From NCBI RefSeq assembly GCF_009914755.1, contig NC_060941.1: DNA of 64,000 bases, one strand, 5' to 3'. Under the pieces are notes generated by a model. That model searched no databases and was not told the origin of the DNA. It worked only from the letters and a program-made list of their open reading frames with translations. Source of the stretch: the human T2T-CHM13v2.0 reference genome, Homo sapiens. Position 1 is the first letter of the stretch. Each line of letters opens with the position of its first letter. The translations under genes and the position numbers were made by a program. Positions 11,883 through 29,220 of the stretch are shown in pieces.

Positions 11883-12278
11883 TTTTTTTACAGTGCAAAA
11901 ATACAGCATACAAATAGTATTATCCTGGAAGAAAAAAATCTCATCTGAGAACCTTGAAACAGTAGAAAAAAGGGTGATGAGTCAGTGGGACAGAGTTCTA
12001 TTCAAGAGGAGCTTTGATTTTTATTTACTCGTTTTTTTTTTCAAGCCAGGAATTCGAATGATGAAAGCTGGAATTTTTCTCAAGATTGTCAGAGAGGGCC
12101 AGGATTAGCTGCATAATTATGTGGGGAAATAGATAGGATGTTATTGTTGAATTCGTGCTTGAGGATCAGCTAGGCTGCAAAGGTGGAGTCTCTCATCTGA
12201 TCCAGAAGGGGTAGAAGAGTCTGCACAAGCTTCTGTGCACCTGGGAATGTTTCGTGCGTTGAGAGGAGAGGTGGGGTC

Positions 12279-12665
12279 TCAGCAGGAGGAGGTCCTGCAG
12301 GTGGTGCTGCAAGGGGTCGGCTGGCCGCAGGGAGGCCGGCAGCAGGGGGACTGCACAGACACAGGCTGGCAGCAGGTGGTGGCCCAGCAGCAGGGCCTGC
12401 ACACCACAGCCGTGCACGACGAGGGGCAGCAGGTGATGGGGCGGCAGCAGCCTTCCTGCAGGGAGCAGGGGTCGCAGCACACCGGGCGGCGGCAGGGCTC
12501 GCAGATGGGGCGCGTGCAGCGGGGCACGCAGGTCACGGGGCGGCACACGGTGGTCTGGCAGGTCACGGGGCGGCAGCAGCAGGGGTCGCGGCAGCAGCAG
12601 GGCTGGCAGCAGCCTCCCCCGTAGCTCAGGGAGGACAAGGTGGAGCCGCAGCAGGAGCCGGTCAT
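12279..12665 (-). CDS. KRTAP2-3: Keratin-associated protein 2-3, 128 aa
   Basis: [18 protein letters not shown]...RTSSC; Kozak context and TATA present; middle gene of the trio. Confidence 0.9.
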
Positions 12666-12751
12666 GGTGGTGTCTGAGGCTGGTGTGGGTTGGGCTGTTG
12701 AGAGGAGCTGGATGTTCTCAGGTGTGAATGTCCTCGTTCCACTCTGGGCCC

Positions 12752-12759
12752 TTTATATA
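12752..12759 (-). promoter_or_regulatory. TATA box of KRTAP2-3
   Basis: TATATAAA at the same distance from the ATG as in the paralogs. Confidence 0.85.
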
Positions 12760-15700
12760 TCCTAGCTGGATGCTGATGACCCCCAGGACATGAGGTCATT
12801 TCCTGGAGTTGTAGCTGCCCGTTGAAATGAGAACTCTGGATTTAACTGCTGAGGCAGCGATCCCTAAATCACTAAAGAATGCTTTGTTTTCTACCTGTCT
12901 ACTTTTTCCCTAGAACGGAATACCTGGTCATGTATATCATCAGAACAATTGCTCATCTATCAGCTAGTCCTTCCAGGCCATGCCATGTGAGAAGGTGCAA
13001 GTTTGAAGAATCCAGCCACCATCACACTTTCCTCTTGTTCGCTGCCATCCGTGACTTAAGCATGGGACTGGAATGTTCATGAGTCACAGGCTGGGTTTCT
13101 GATTGGCATTGAGATCAAGCAAGAATTTCTTAAAAACCAAAATGGCTCATAAGAGCAGATGTGTATTGATTCTGCTATGGAAAGAATGGCCCAGTGTTTA
13201 ATGACACAGTGCCTAACCTTGTTTATAAGAAAATCATCACCAAAGCTGCTAGACTGATTTTATTTTAGTAATCTGAGTTGGTTTATAACTCATTAACACT
13301 TATGAGACACTTATTATGTAGATGGTACTGTACTATTTGGGGGTGGAGGGGGAAAGGAAAGAAAAATAGCTTTCAAATAGTTTCCTATCACATAGTAATC
13401 ATAACTTTTAGTAAGGCAAGACAAAGATAAATCAAGCAATTAAAGGGAAAGAACTTTTCTGGGAACAATAAGGTCAAACTAAATGGGGATTTCATTCATT
13501 CTGTGCCTTTCTGAATGCCCTTCCCTGATTATTGACCTAGAAATAAAATTGAAATTGGGCTATTTCTTGCTTTCTTGCTTTGACATATGCACTTTGTATT
13601 ACATACTTAAAAATCTATGGACAATATCTACAAAGGAATCAATTATCTTTCTGTCACAGCTTCTTTAGTTTGTTGGCTGAGGGTTTTGTTTGTTTATGAG
13701 GTGGGAAGGTGGCATTATGAAAAAGACAAGGGGAATTAGTTTAGCTGGTGACCAATAAAATAGCTTTGTCTTTTCCAGCCATAGCAAAGATGAATAGGAA
13801 TACAGAAAATAAATTTAGAGTTGGAAGGTAGATTAAAGATAACATTGTCCAAGGAATGCTGATGGTCTTCAGTGCAAATTTACCTCTGAGGTGTGTTTTG
13901 TTTTGTTTTCTCTTTTTAAAAATACACCCTTTGGTCTATCATATCCCTGATCTTTGAAGTCCTTTGAGTCTATGATCCATCATAGTCCATCACAGTTTTT
14001 GGAAGACCAGATTTACAAAATGAATTCCTCCAAAGTCGTACGGATCAAAGAGTGGCAAATATTTAGCAATACCACAGGTCTTCTGTGGAGTAGAAACACT
14101 GGTGATGTCTCCCAGTCTTTTTCCAACTCGGAGTCACTCAAAATAGATAACATGTAGCAGTAGTTATTAAAAAGTTTTATTCCCTTTAGTGAAATAAAAT
14201 AAGTACTCACTTGATACATGGTTTAGCATTCTGTTCTTTGTTTTGGAATGTATACAGAGATGCCAAACTAAAAAGAGAAATATGTCTGTAAATCCACTGC
14301 TTTTGTTAACAAAAGAACACAGTACTAAGAAATACTGTTTTCTAAAATTATAGGCTGTTAGAAACCTTGCTCTTCCAAGCCACATCAGTAAGAAGGAAAC
14401 ATTTCACTCTTGCCTAGACAGGATCTAAGTCATCTGGACAGAGAAGCAACCTCAGTACCCAACCCAGGTACAGAATTTCAGACAAGTGACTTGCAGACAC
14501 AACATTCCCCATTTGTCTCAACTATACAGTTTCCAGTGAAAGAGGACCATAAGTCTGTTTCACAGCTCAGGTCTGGTGTTAATTATTTTTTATACACAGC
14601 CCTGTTTTTCTTGAGCCTATGAAAACACTATGTCACGTAATTTTACCCCACCATTCCTCAACATTTTATAATAACATTTCTCCTCCTTTGTTTGGGAGGA
14701 TGCCCCATGGTCCTCAGCCATGTGGTCTCCCTTGCTGTAGCACATTAATAGTCCTAAGCTATTGGACAAGAGATGTATCCCTGGTCTTTACCACATGGAC
14801 TTTTTTAGTCATGTTATTCAAGTTCCACACATTCTTCAAGTGCATAATCACCAGGATGGAAACAAGTAAATCTGAAGCACAGTGAAAATAACTTGTGAGA
14901 TTTTTGTAGTTGGATAGATAAAGAATGTAGTGTTGGTGACCTCTTGTGATGGTGGGCCATGCCCTCTTCTTAATAGTTTTATGAATTATATTTTGTTAGG
15001 AACTAGTCTGGAAGCCACTAGATGTTAGGAAAATTATTAAAATTCTAAAATTAGAAAATACATTCCTTAAGGACTTCGTTCTCAGAAATAATCTTAAAAA
15101 TATCCTCCAATCATAAGAGTCAGGGATGGGATGGGGAATATTGACGGGCACAGGGCAGGAGGAAAATGGAGAAGATAAAGAAGGATTCCAGTCCTTTCTC
15201 CACCTCTTTGCAGTTGTCTAACTTAGAGTAAATGACTTACCCTTAGCCAGGTTTCCTCATCTGTAAAATGGGCAGAGTCTTCGGTGCCTGGTGTTCTTCA
15301 GAGGCTGGCTTATCATAAAATCCATACAAACATGGAAGACAGAGAAAGGGATATAATTAATTAGATATAATTAGAAAAGAAAAGAGTTTAGTTGTGAGAG
15401 ACAGAAAAACTAAATGATCAGGGGACTGGTGGAATTTGTTGCTAGAATTTTTTTAAAAATTTCATCTGAGTTTTTTAGATATTCATTTGCCTAAAGTCAG
15501 GGAAGGCAAAGTAATCTTTTGAGGTCTATTACAGCTTTGAGTTGTTTAATTCCCTTGGAAGGTTCAATGTGAAAGAAAGAGTCGAACCATCAGATACTTA
15601 CATGTTGCTCAATCCTTCTTTTACCTGATGCTGCACTCCTATTCATAAATCCTATAATCTAGGACTCATTCCTGTGGACTTGTAGAATGAATTTTTAAAG

Positions 15701-16367
15701 ATTATTTTCATTCTGAGACAGCCTTAATCTGATGCCAAGTTGTTGTGGGTTTTTTTTTTTGCCTTCTTCATTATATTTATTAGAAAATCTATTCCTACTG
15801 GTAGATGTAGACTATCCTGAAAAAAAATTACAATTTAAGTTTGGTTAGTAAAGCCCTCCCCTGAATTTGTTCCCATTCCCAGTGAGTTGATATGTAGTAG
15901 ATAGCACATCTTTTGAGCCTGTTCGATACAGTGATGTCCAAATGCTCCACAAGGAATATAAATGAATGTTACTGGGCATTTAACTATGTGCCAGGCATCT
16001 TGCATACATAAAAAGTTATAATTGTTATTTAACTTCCCTAGCAATCTACATTGGTAAATGTTGCTTTTCCCATTTTGCGGATGAGAAAACTCGAGAGTCA
16101 GAGAGGTTAAGTTACACTAATGCCAAAATTTTTTCTTTAAATAATTATCTACCTTTTAAAATTCTTGTGGTAAAGACAATTTCCTTTTATTTTGACAACT
16201 AAACAAACAGAAATTAAGTACCGGCTACGTATTAAACTTTGAGCTCAGTATTGGAAGCCAAAAACAAACTGTGGTCCCCTCCTTGGAGGCAAAAAAACAT
16301 ATAATCTCAATACAATGCCTTATGGGGAGGGAGGTAAGCTATTGGAACTTGCTGAGAGCTCCTAACC

Positions 16368-16371
<4 letters not shown>

Positions 16372-16400
<29 letters not shown>
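16372..16400. repeat. (TG)n microsatellite
   Basis: Direct inspection. Confidence 0.95.
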
Positions 16401-16403
<3 letters not shown>

Positions 16404-17164
16404 CATTTGCACATGTGTTTGTGTGATACAGGGGTTGGGACAGGACTACTGGAGAAGACTGAATTGAATCTTGGAAATGAATCAGAGTTAAGTAGGTGAT
16501 GAAGGTGAAGAGAAAGAGTGTGTAAAAGAACAGATAAGTGAAAGAACATGAGGAAAAGCGAAACATTTGGAACTGCAAATGTTTAATAACTATAAGGTCA
16601 GTGTTGCTTGAAGTGAATCTTAGTGGGGAGCAGTGAGACATGGATCTATAGAGATGGGCAAAGGACAGGCAGCAGACCACCTGATGTGCACACACTTCCT
16701 AGCCACATGGGTAATCTGAGGACTGGCCTAGCTCTCCTGTAACATCTTCAAATACCAAATACTTGTACCAGGAATCCTAGTGCCTGTCTCTGTTCCTCTT
16801 CTGTCTTTCTCATCATCTCCATCATCTTCCTCTTCACTCTTCCTCCTATTCATTGCCTTGCCTCCCCTCTTCACTTTTTATTCATCCCTTATCTCTTACT
16901 TTTTGTCTCTCTTTTTTTGTTGTCATTTTATTCCACCTATGACAAACTCAAGATACTGTTTTTTTGCACATTCATTTACATTCACTTCTCTGCCAAACCG
17001 ATTCTTCTGATTACAGTTTAGCAGGTGCTGTTTCATACTTATTATTATATTACATTTTTTTCTTCACTTTGGGTGTCTTCATTGTGGCTTGTCCTTGTGA
17101 CTATTCTTGGAAGGCTTCCAGGCCATGCTTGTTAAGCCCTCAAGGAGCTCAAATCCTGGTCTTC

Positions 17165-17358
17165 CTCTGAAATAATGGTCCTGAAATTCTAATGAATTAC
17201 ATGGAAGTGATAGAAAATAAACAGCCTTGGGCCCCACTCCCAGAGATTTTGATTCATTAGGTTTGGTTTGGGGCCTAAGAATGTGCATTTTAATAGGCAA
17301 TTGCAAGAGATTCTATTGTGTATGACGCATGGGCCACACTTTGAAAAATGCTACTCTA
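17165..17358. mobile_element. MER5-family hAT DNA transposon relic
   Basis: gggccccactcccagagattttgattcattaggtttgg...aagaatgtgcattttaa...ccacactttgaaaaatgct. Confidence 0.75.
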
Positions 17359-17746
17359 GGAACTGTGGTAAGAAGATGAGATGCGCTGTGCTGGTCAGTT
17401 TACTACCAGTGGTCATTCTGGGCTTGGCATATGCTATTCCCACTTCTACCCCTCTTCATGAACATTGTCTTTCCTTTTGTCTATTCCATTAGACCATAAG
17501 CTTCTTGGATACAAGGCATGTAGCTTGTTCATCACTAATCAGGCAGCACCTGTCAACTGGAGGTCCCTTGATAAACAATTCCTGAATGACTGAATAGATG
17601 AGATTTCTATGGATAAGGTTTTGCTTAGGTTGAGCTTTGTTTCCCTTGTGCAGGTTCCAAAATCTTGCTTATCTGTGTACGCTAATAAACATGCACTAAC
17701 GAACAAATCAGGGAGCAGGGCAGTCTGCTATGCCAGGAAAAATTAG

Positions 17747-17752
17747 TTTATT
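17747..17752 (-). terminator. poly(A) signal of KRTAP2-4
   Basis: TTTATT on + strand about 320 nt downstream of the stop. Confidence 0.7.
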
Positions 17753-18073
17753 GACAACAGTGAGCAACACATTGCAAAAGATGATGGTGACAGTTTGAGC
17801 AGTAAAAACCATCAGGTTGTAGAATGTGTTTGCAAAGTCCACCCCAGGAATTCTTAAAGGTCGATTTACTATCCATAATGACTAAGGCTGATGTAGACAC
17901 CTGAAAATGTGGGTGAGGGTGGTAATGGACGTCTGCTTACACCAGGCTGTATCCAGATGGTAAAAATCACTATTGTCACCTTGTGAAAAAAAATCTATTT
18001 TTCTTTTAACTTTTTAAAAACACCAGATAGATGTTTAGGCTTCAGTGTATTGCTCTGTGGGGGCATTGGGGTC

Positions 18074-18460
18074 TCAGCAGGAGGAGGTCCTGCAGGTGGT
18101 GCTGCAAGGGGTCGGCTGGCCGCAGGGGGGCCGGCAGCAGGGGGACTGCACAGACACAGGCTGGCAGCAGGTGGTGGCCCAGCAGCAGGGCCTGCACACC
18201 ACAGCCGTGCACGACGAGGGGCAGCAGGTGATGGGGCGGCAGCAGCCTTCCTGCAGGGAGCAGGGGTCGCAGCACACCGGGCGGCGGCAGGGCTCGCAGA
18301 TGGGGCGCGTGCAGCGGGGCACGCAGGTCACGGGGCGGCACACGGTGGTCTGGCAGGTCACGGGGCGGCAGCAGCAGGGGTCGCGGCAGCAGCAGGGCTG
18401 GCAGCAGCCTCCCCCGTAGCTCAGGGAGGACAAGGTGGAGCCGCAGCAGGAGCCGGTCAT
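18074..18460 (-). CDS. KRTAP2-4: Keratin-associated protein 2-4, 128 aa (protein identical to KRTAP2-3)
   Basis: [12 protein letters not shown]...RTSSC; Kozak context and TATA present; last KRTAP2 before the KRTAP4 block. Confidence 0.9.
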
Positions 18461-18546
18461 GGTGGTGTCTGAGGCTGGTGTGGGTTGGGCTATTGAGAGG
18501 AGCTGGATGTTCTCAGGTGTGAATGTCCTCCTCCCCCTCTGGGCCC

Positions 18547-18554
18547 TTTATATA
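18547..18554 (-). promoter_or_regulatory. TATA box of KRTAP2-4
   Basis: TATATAAA, position conserved. Confidence 0.85.
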
Positions 18555-19666
18555 CCCTGGCTGGGAGCTGATGACCCTTCAACATATGATCATTTTCTTG
18601 TGCATCTTCTGGCCAATTAAGTGAAGATTTAGCATTGACTAATGGTATTTTGGTCACTCTTCACCTCATACATATTCATGTACATACACCACAAATATTC
18701 GCTCATTTTCTTGTATTGTTTATCCTCACTAAATTTAGACATTGGATTCACTTCTGATTAATTTTCCTTTGAAATATTCCTAACCCATAAGAGAGAAAAG
18801 AATGTGTTTTCTAAATTAGTGTCTAATCGCTCTGCCCTTTGGCGCTAAAATTAGCATGTTATTCCTTGTCTTCAAAGGCTCCCATCACCGGCACCCAAGC
18901 AGTGACTTGCCTTATTAATGCACATGGGCATGATGGTAGCAGGTTAATTGCATCATCCTAGTGCAGACCAGTAGTCATCTGCTTCACAGATAGCTCCTTC
19001 CATGACTCACTTAAAGATAGGCTTGTGGTTTTTCATATGAGCAGGGACCACACGAAATGCAGATCCCTGGCCACTGGTGTGGTCACTCTCCCCTGACTAG
19101 GACCTGGGCTTTCCTGCCTTGGTTTTGATGTGTCATCATTCACCTGGAATGCCCTCCTCATCCTTCCAATCCAAACTCAACTTCTACCTTGATTGTAAAA
19201 CCCTCTTCAAGGATCCATTGCAATTATTATATTTGTAATTTGTTTGGAATTAGTCGTTGCATCTGTAGAGTCCGGGAAGGGATTGCGGAGAATATGTAGG
19301 CCTATGCCCTCACTCTACGGCTGAGGTCCTGAGAGTGTACCAAGGTCACACAATGAGGTCACCATATGAGGTCTGAGATCCAGGTCTCCTCAGTCTGCAG
19401 TAAGTAGCCCCTACTATGAGTTTTATGCTCATTGGATTCAGTAAACCATGGTCTTTAGACAGGAAAGAAAACATATATTAAAGTAGAAGCCCAGACTTCA
19501 TGCCACTATGCAATATATCCATGTAACAATGCTGCATTTGAACCTCTTACATTTATACATATTAAACACAGATTTAAAAAAATAAGTAATGAACTTTCCT
19601 TTCAGCAGCAAGGTTAGAAGTGGTACTGGAAGAGAATTAGGGAAATGTTTTGCCCAGATGACACAT

Positions 19667-20105
19667 TGTCATCCTGGACCCCCATTGACTCCACTAAGTA
19701 TGACAATGTGTCTGAGAGGCTAGAGAAGGGACCTGGAGAAAGCTAACATGATGCAGGGTTTATTAGTGGAACTTACATACAAGGGTGGTCCAGTGGTGGT
19801 ATCTGGACAGGAGAACTGCTATTATTTGTAAAAAGCATGCAGTTCACACAGTATTTTCATTAGAACCCTCCACCTAACAACCTCCATTTAATCCAAAACA
19901 AAGGGCCTCAATCCCCAGTATGACCTGTGTTCTAATGGATGAGGTGGGGATTCAAATGTCCTTCATAGATAAGGAGTGGATCTCCAAGTTGGCCACTCCC
20001 AGATCCTTAGCTCAGAACTCCAAGCATACATTCTTCTTTGATTGTAGGATCATTCTCAGGGTATGCTTAAGTTAAGTTATTGCTGCCAGATGTGTCTGCC
20101 ATACC
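19667..20105 (-). mobile_element. 3' LTR of an endogenous retrovirus (LTR47-like)
   Basis: Minus strand starts GTATGGCAGACACATCTGGCAGCAATAACTTAA after a purine tract (GAGGTGGAG), contains AATAAA and ends ...GATGACA. Confidence 0.65.
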
Positions 20106-22935
<2,830 letters not shown>

Positions 22936-23301
22936 GAGCTTCTGCCATAGCCTGACCAGAACAGCATTGAACTGTAGGCTCTTAGATAACAGTCTAGATT
23001 CAAATCCAAGCATGTCTAAATCGAAAGCTGTGTTTTCACAAATAGGCTTATGAAAATGAGATTCTCCTTTGAATTAATTTGAATAGGCTCACTTTGCACT
23101 ATCCATTAATCCTCATTATATTGATAAAGCTAAAAATTTAACTAACTATCCCCTCCAGAAAATTTATCAAAATTTACCATAAAACCAACCCTGTCACAAA
23201 TACTTGGCCACTGTTCTATTTTTATTTTCTTTGTAGAAAGCCATCTGTTCATCCTTGTGTATTGATTGGTGTATTAAGCTGGCTTCACATTGCTACCATG
23301 G

Positions 23302-23835
23302 TTGAATTAGACAGCTATTGCTGCATAGCAAGCAACCACAAACTCTCATAGCTTATTGTAACAAGTATTTATTTATTGGTCATATATTTGTAGGTTAGTT
23401 GGGGTTTGGTTGATTAAGGTTGGCCTTAGCTTCTGCCCACAGGTTGGTTTGGGACTTTCTTTTGAATGAGAGTTGTCATATTTAGCAAATAAAAATACAG
23501 GTTCCCCAGTTACATGTCAATTTCAGAAAAACAACAAATAATTTTATTACAATTATATCTGATTATGCATGGGTATACTTACATTTAAAAATTATTTGTT
23601 GTTTGTCTGGAATTCCATTTTAATGGAGTGTCCGGTATTTTAGGGGCCATCCTCCTCTGAGAACAAAGGCCCAAGGGAACAATCTCACATTTTGAGTCTT
23701 CGGGTCATGCCTTCTCATTGGTCAAAGCAACTCACATGGCAAAGTCCAAGTCAGAGGGTGGGAGAGGATACTTCTGGAGTTGGGTGGGAGGAGGGGGGAG
23801 AGTAAACATTAATAAGGAATAATCTAATCTACCAA
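23302..23835 (-). mobile_element. Old MaLR (MLT1-type) LTR relic, interrupted by MER53
   Basis: ttagacagctattgctgcatagcaagcaaccacaaactc... and ...cattggtcaaagcaactcacatggcaaagtccaagtcagagggtgg. Confidence 0.65.
23468..23653. mobile_element. MER53 palindromic MITE
   Basis: ATTTAGCAAATAAAAATACAGG...CAACAAATAATTTT / AAAATTATTTGTTG...GGTATTTT inverted arms. Confidence 0.8.
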
Positions 23836-23914
23836 AGTAGAGAATCAATTATTTTAATAATCTTTGTGTGAGGCTTGGAAAAGACTTCTAGAAGATCAAA
23901 TTAGATTATGTCTA

Positions 23915-24115
<201 letters not shown>

Positions 24116-24562
24116 TAATAATCAAGTGACACAGCATATCCAAGAGCATTGCCTAGAAATCTATATTTATTAAAAACAAAACTGCCTGAGATGTTCTAGG
24201 AAGATGCCAAGAAGAGTCCAAGGCCATGACCTTCTCATCAACTCCTTGCTGGGTGCAATTCCATCCATAAGACTGTGGCCTAAATTCAAATATAACTGCG
24301 ACTTTGTATTCTCAAGAAGATGAATCAGGAGTAGGGCTCTGTGAAGTACGGCATAAAGAGCCAAGCTTTTTTACAAGGCGGGAAAGACCAAAGACTTAGT
24401 GACTTGAAAGGATATCAGTATTTCCGGTGAATCTTGTGTGGGTCAAAGACCATTTATCTTGTTGCTTGGTGAGTGTGGCTACTTCCTTGAACCACATGGA
24501 GACACATTGTACAGGAAGAAGTGCCTCCTTCTGCTCGTCATCTGCGATTCTCATCTGACACC

Positions 24563-24963
24563 ATGGTCAGCTTCTGTTGTAGCTCTGTCTGCTCTGAATA
24601 GAGCTGTGGCCAAGGCCTCTGCCAGACCTGCTGCTGCTGCAGTTGCTGCCAGACCACCTACTGCAGAACCATCTGCTACCATCCCAGCTGCTCTGTGTCC
24701 AGCTGTTGCAGGCCCCCGTGCTGCCAGTCCCTGTGCTGCCCCAGCTGCTGCATTTCTAGCTGCTGCCACTCAAGCTGCAGTGTGTCCACCTGCTCCAGGC
24801 CCAGCTGTTATAATCCCCAGTACTACCAGCCCTCCTGCTGCCACCCTTCTGCTGCACTTCTAGCTGCTGCCACCCTGGCTGCTGTGTGTCCAGCTGCTGC
24901 TGTCCAGTCTGCTACCAGACCACCTGCTGTGGTCCAGTCTCCTATGAATCCTCTTGCTGTTGA
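24563..24963 (+). pseudogene. KRTAP4-like pseudogene (possibly the locus annotated KRTAP2-5P)
   Basis: CTGACACCATG then MVSFCCSSVCSE* (TAG at 24599-24601); continues as KRTAP4 pentamers; frameshift near 24848; original stop ...ESSCC TGA at 24961; AATAAA at 25286-25291; no intact TATA. Confidence 0.9.
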
Positions 24964-25637
24964 ACTTCATTCCTGACCACCAGCCCTGGTTCAACCACCT
25001 TGTTGTCAGTGTACCAGTCATTCTCATTCCCCTTCTCCACTGGACCTGGCCTTGCCCTGATCCACCACTACATTTATATAGCTCATTGTTCATTCCACCA
25101 AGCAACTATTTTAAAAGCAAAAATTTAAATGCATATCGTACAAAACCTCCAACTTCTATGCTTGGTGTGCAGTCAGATGACCAGATATCTCACACTATTT
25201 CATTGGAACAGGCTTCTAAGCTTACAATTGCCGAGTGTGGTCTGGACTTTGCAATGAATTACGTCTGGTAGAGTAACTATATCTCAATAAACACTCTCTT
25301 GGTATCAAAAACATTTGTGACCTTTCAGTATTTCTTACTGTTGATTATTTATTTGTAAAATGGTTTGAGTTCCTATTGTATGGGCAATAACAAAAAAATT
25401 GATATTATATGTATCAGCCAAAGCCTGTATTAGAGAAAATGCCAAATAATTCATTTTTTAATCCAAAACAGATTGCTCACTTTACCTGCCATCAAGTTTA
25501 TTGAGACAAAACAAGAACTCAATTTTTACTGTAATTAAATTAAGAACAAATTAGCAAGCTATTGGGCTCTGGGAATTGCATAAAATGAATGAGACCCACT
25601 TCTTTTCCCTTAGGTAACTCACAACATAATCATGGAT

Positions 25638-25935
<298 letters not shown>

Positions 25936-27064
25936 TGAAAGTTATTTTTCTTTCCTTTCCCTCTCCACTCAATTAATTCAATTAATCATGAATTTAATTT
26001 AAATGCATATGTCAGGGAGAGTATGTTGGTAATATTAGTGAGAAAAAGGACTCTATTCTATTGGAGAAAAGTAATACATACGTAAGGATTGATTCATAGA
26101 AATAAAATGTGTCAATTCTGAAAATTCAGGTTAACATGCACAGGTCTCAAACACGTAAGATTATGTGAAGGAGAATCAGATCACAGCCGAATATTTATAT
26201 CTTTATGAAGGGTAGTCTTATTAAAAAGACATTTAAAAAATTATAGTCCTTTTAAGGAGGAGGGATATGTCAAGATTAATTCATGGTGAGTTCTATGGAA
26301 AAATAAGAGGCATAATTTTAGGCTGAAGCCATAGAGTCAGTGGGAAAATCAGCGAGCATGAGTGATGAAACACGTCATTATGGGAAAGAAAGTGATGGAA
26401 ACCAAATTGGAATTGCAGATGAGTTCTATTTTTGAGATGCTTCACTGACCCATTAATGATATTCATCCACTCATGCTCCATTAAAGCTCCAATTGCAGAA
26501 TTTGCATGCAGGTCTACCTATGAGACATGCAAAGGTTAGGGCTCACTCCACATGACCTGGATCAAGTCACCCAGCTACCTGTGTTTCCTTTATAACTTTG
26601 AGATTCCCTTTTGCATTGGGAGTTCAGTTCATATTGTATTTCCTGTGTCTTTTCAAGCCATTTCCTTCCATTTCAAAATGATATCAATCAAAATGATATC
26701 AGTAGGCTCAAGAGCTCTAGGCAAAACTTTTAGCTGAAGAGGAAAATAAAAAAGTAAAGTAAGCACAAAACTCAAAACAACATATTCAGAAATTGATATG
26801 GTAATGCGACGTGAGAATCGTATCTTTGGGCTCAGGCATCCCTCTTCAATTTATTCCAGGACCATAAATGGTCTATACAAGCTGTTTCTCGTTTCAGTAT
26901 TGCTTAAGTACCTAGGCCTGAGAAATCTATCAGAGCCTCAAACTAGTAATGATGCCTATTCTGTCATATCTGCATATTGCAAAACTGTATTTGTTTTATT
27001 CATTTCTATGATCTCTTCTATGGCACATAAACATTTATAAATATGTTATCTTCATTTTTGAATT

Positions 27065-27404
<340 letters not shown>

Positions 27405-27689
27405 TAATTTGCCTACCACTTGTGTATTCTTTGCTATTTTTATCCCCTACCACTTTTAGAATATATTTGAATCTTTTTAAATTTTATCAGCTTCATCTCT
27501 CAGAACCATTATTTTATGCATGACATCTATACTGTAATGGAATTCTTTATTTTGACTTGTATTTCAGTCAATGGGAATATTTCTTAAAGGAATTTTAAAG
27601 GGAAGTTATATATCCCGAGTCCTTGAATCTATGAGGAAATCTTTCCATTGCCTTCACACATGACCAATAGCTTGTGTGGATCAAAATAA

Positions 27690-27949
<260 letters not shown>

Positions 27950-29220
27950 TAGTTTACTTCAGGAACACTTAAGGGGGAGTGTATATATGAGATACTAAGT
28001 CTAATTTTAACAGTTTAGTAATAGCAGGTCCTTAAAATGTCAGAAAATTAACTTTTATGTCCTCTTATCCTCTTTGAATCCATTATGATACACCAACTTT
28101 TAAAAGGTGTTAAAAAACAGAAACCCTCATCTTACTTTCTCAGGACAGGAGACAATAGCAGATAAGAAAGTGTAGCAAATTTGGGGCAAGAGCAATGGTG
28201 GTCAACTAAAGATAACAAAAGGAGCTACAATGTGAATGCATACAGAGAGAGTACCACAGAGTGTAAAGTTGGTTTTCCTTGAATCCTCAGAAAGGCTCAG
28301 AACCCGGAGTCACCAGGTAATACACCTGAAGGCAGGGTAGGCAGCAGGATGCTTCGACCCCTGGATCCCTACCCCACCCTACAAAGTTGGTCATTAGGCC
28401 TCCCCCACTTCCAACCAGGAGAAACAAGGGTTATCTTCCAGAAAATTTAGTGACAGAGACTCCAGATTTGGGAATACTAAAGTGAACAAAAGTCAAGAAT
28501 AGAACAGAAAACAGACTCATGCAGTGAAAATCTGAGCACTGTGCTCAGCATCCAGGACTGATGGCCATAAGCTTTCCAAGCAGGATATTGGAAGATTCTC
28601 CTCTAAAGAAACTAAACATATAAATCTTGACTTCTTTTTTGTGGATGAAGGGGAGGAGAGGTGAAGAGATCAATTAACAAGCCCTGCTGTCCACACAGAA
28701 CTTTCAATTGGCTTTTTAGTGCCATGTTAACCAATATGCTTCAGACACTTGGGAAATGTCTCCAGCCTGACAATTCACACTAATTTAAAAAGAAAAAAAG
28801 AAAAAGGGGGAAAAACAAATTTGACAGGAATAGAAACTACAGGGAGCAGAATAGAACTAAAAAATTGTAAAACAAGAACTATTGTAAATAAAATACTCAA
28901 GAGAGCTAAGAGAAGAAATTCTGTTTGAAATAAAAACAAGATTCTAAGAAACAGGAGCAGTCAGAGAAGTTGAGTGAAAGCTTGAGAATTAAAATGTGAT
29001 AGAAAAAATTAGAAAAACGTTCAGTAAAATGTTTGGAAGGTAAAGTAGAACAAGGAGTCAAATAATTTGTTCTCCTGTCTTGAAGATATGTAAAAAAAAT
29101 TATAAAAAGAAGTGAAAGAAATGGACATTAAAGAAACTATAATAACACAGAGGATCAATTCAGGAGATCTACCACTCAATGAAGAAAAATTTTAGAAAGA
29201 CAAATGAGAAAACATAAGGA

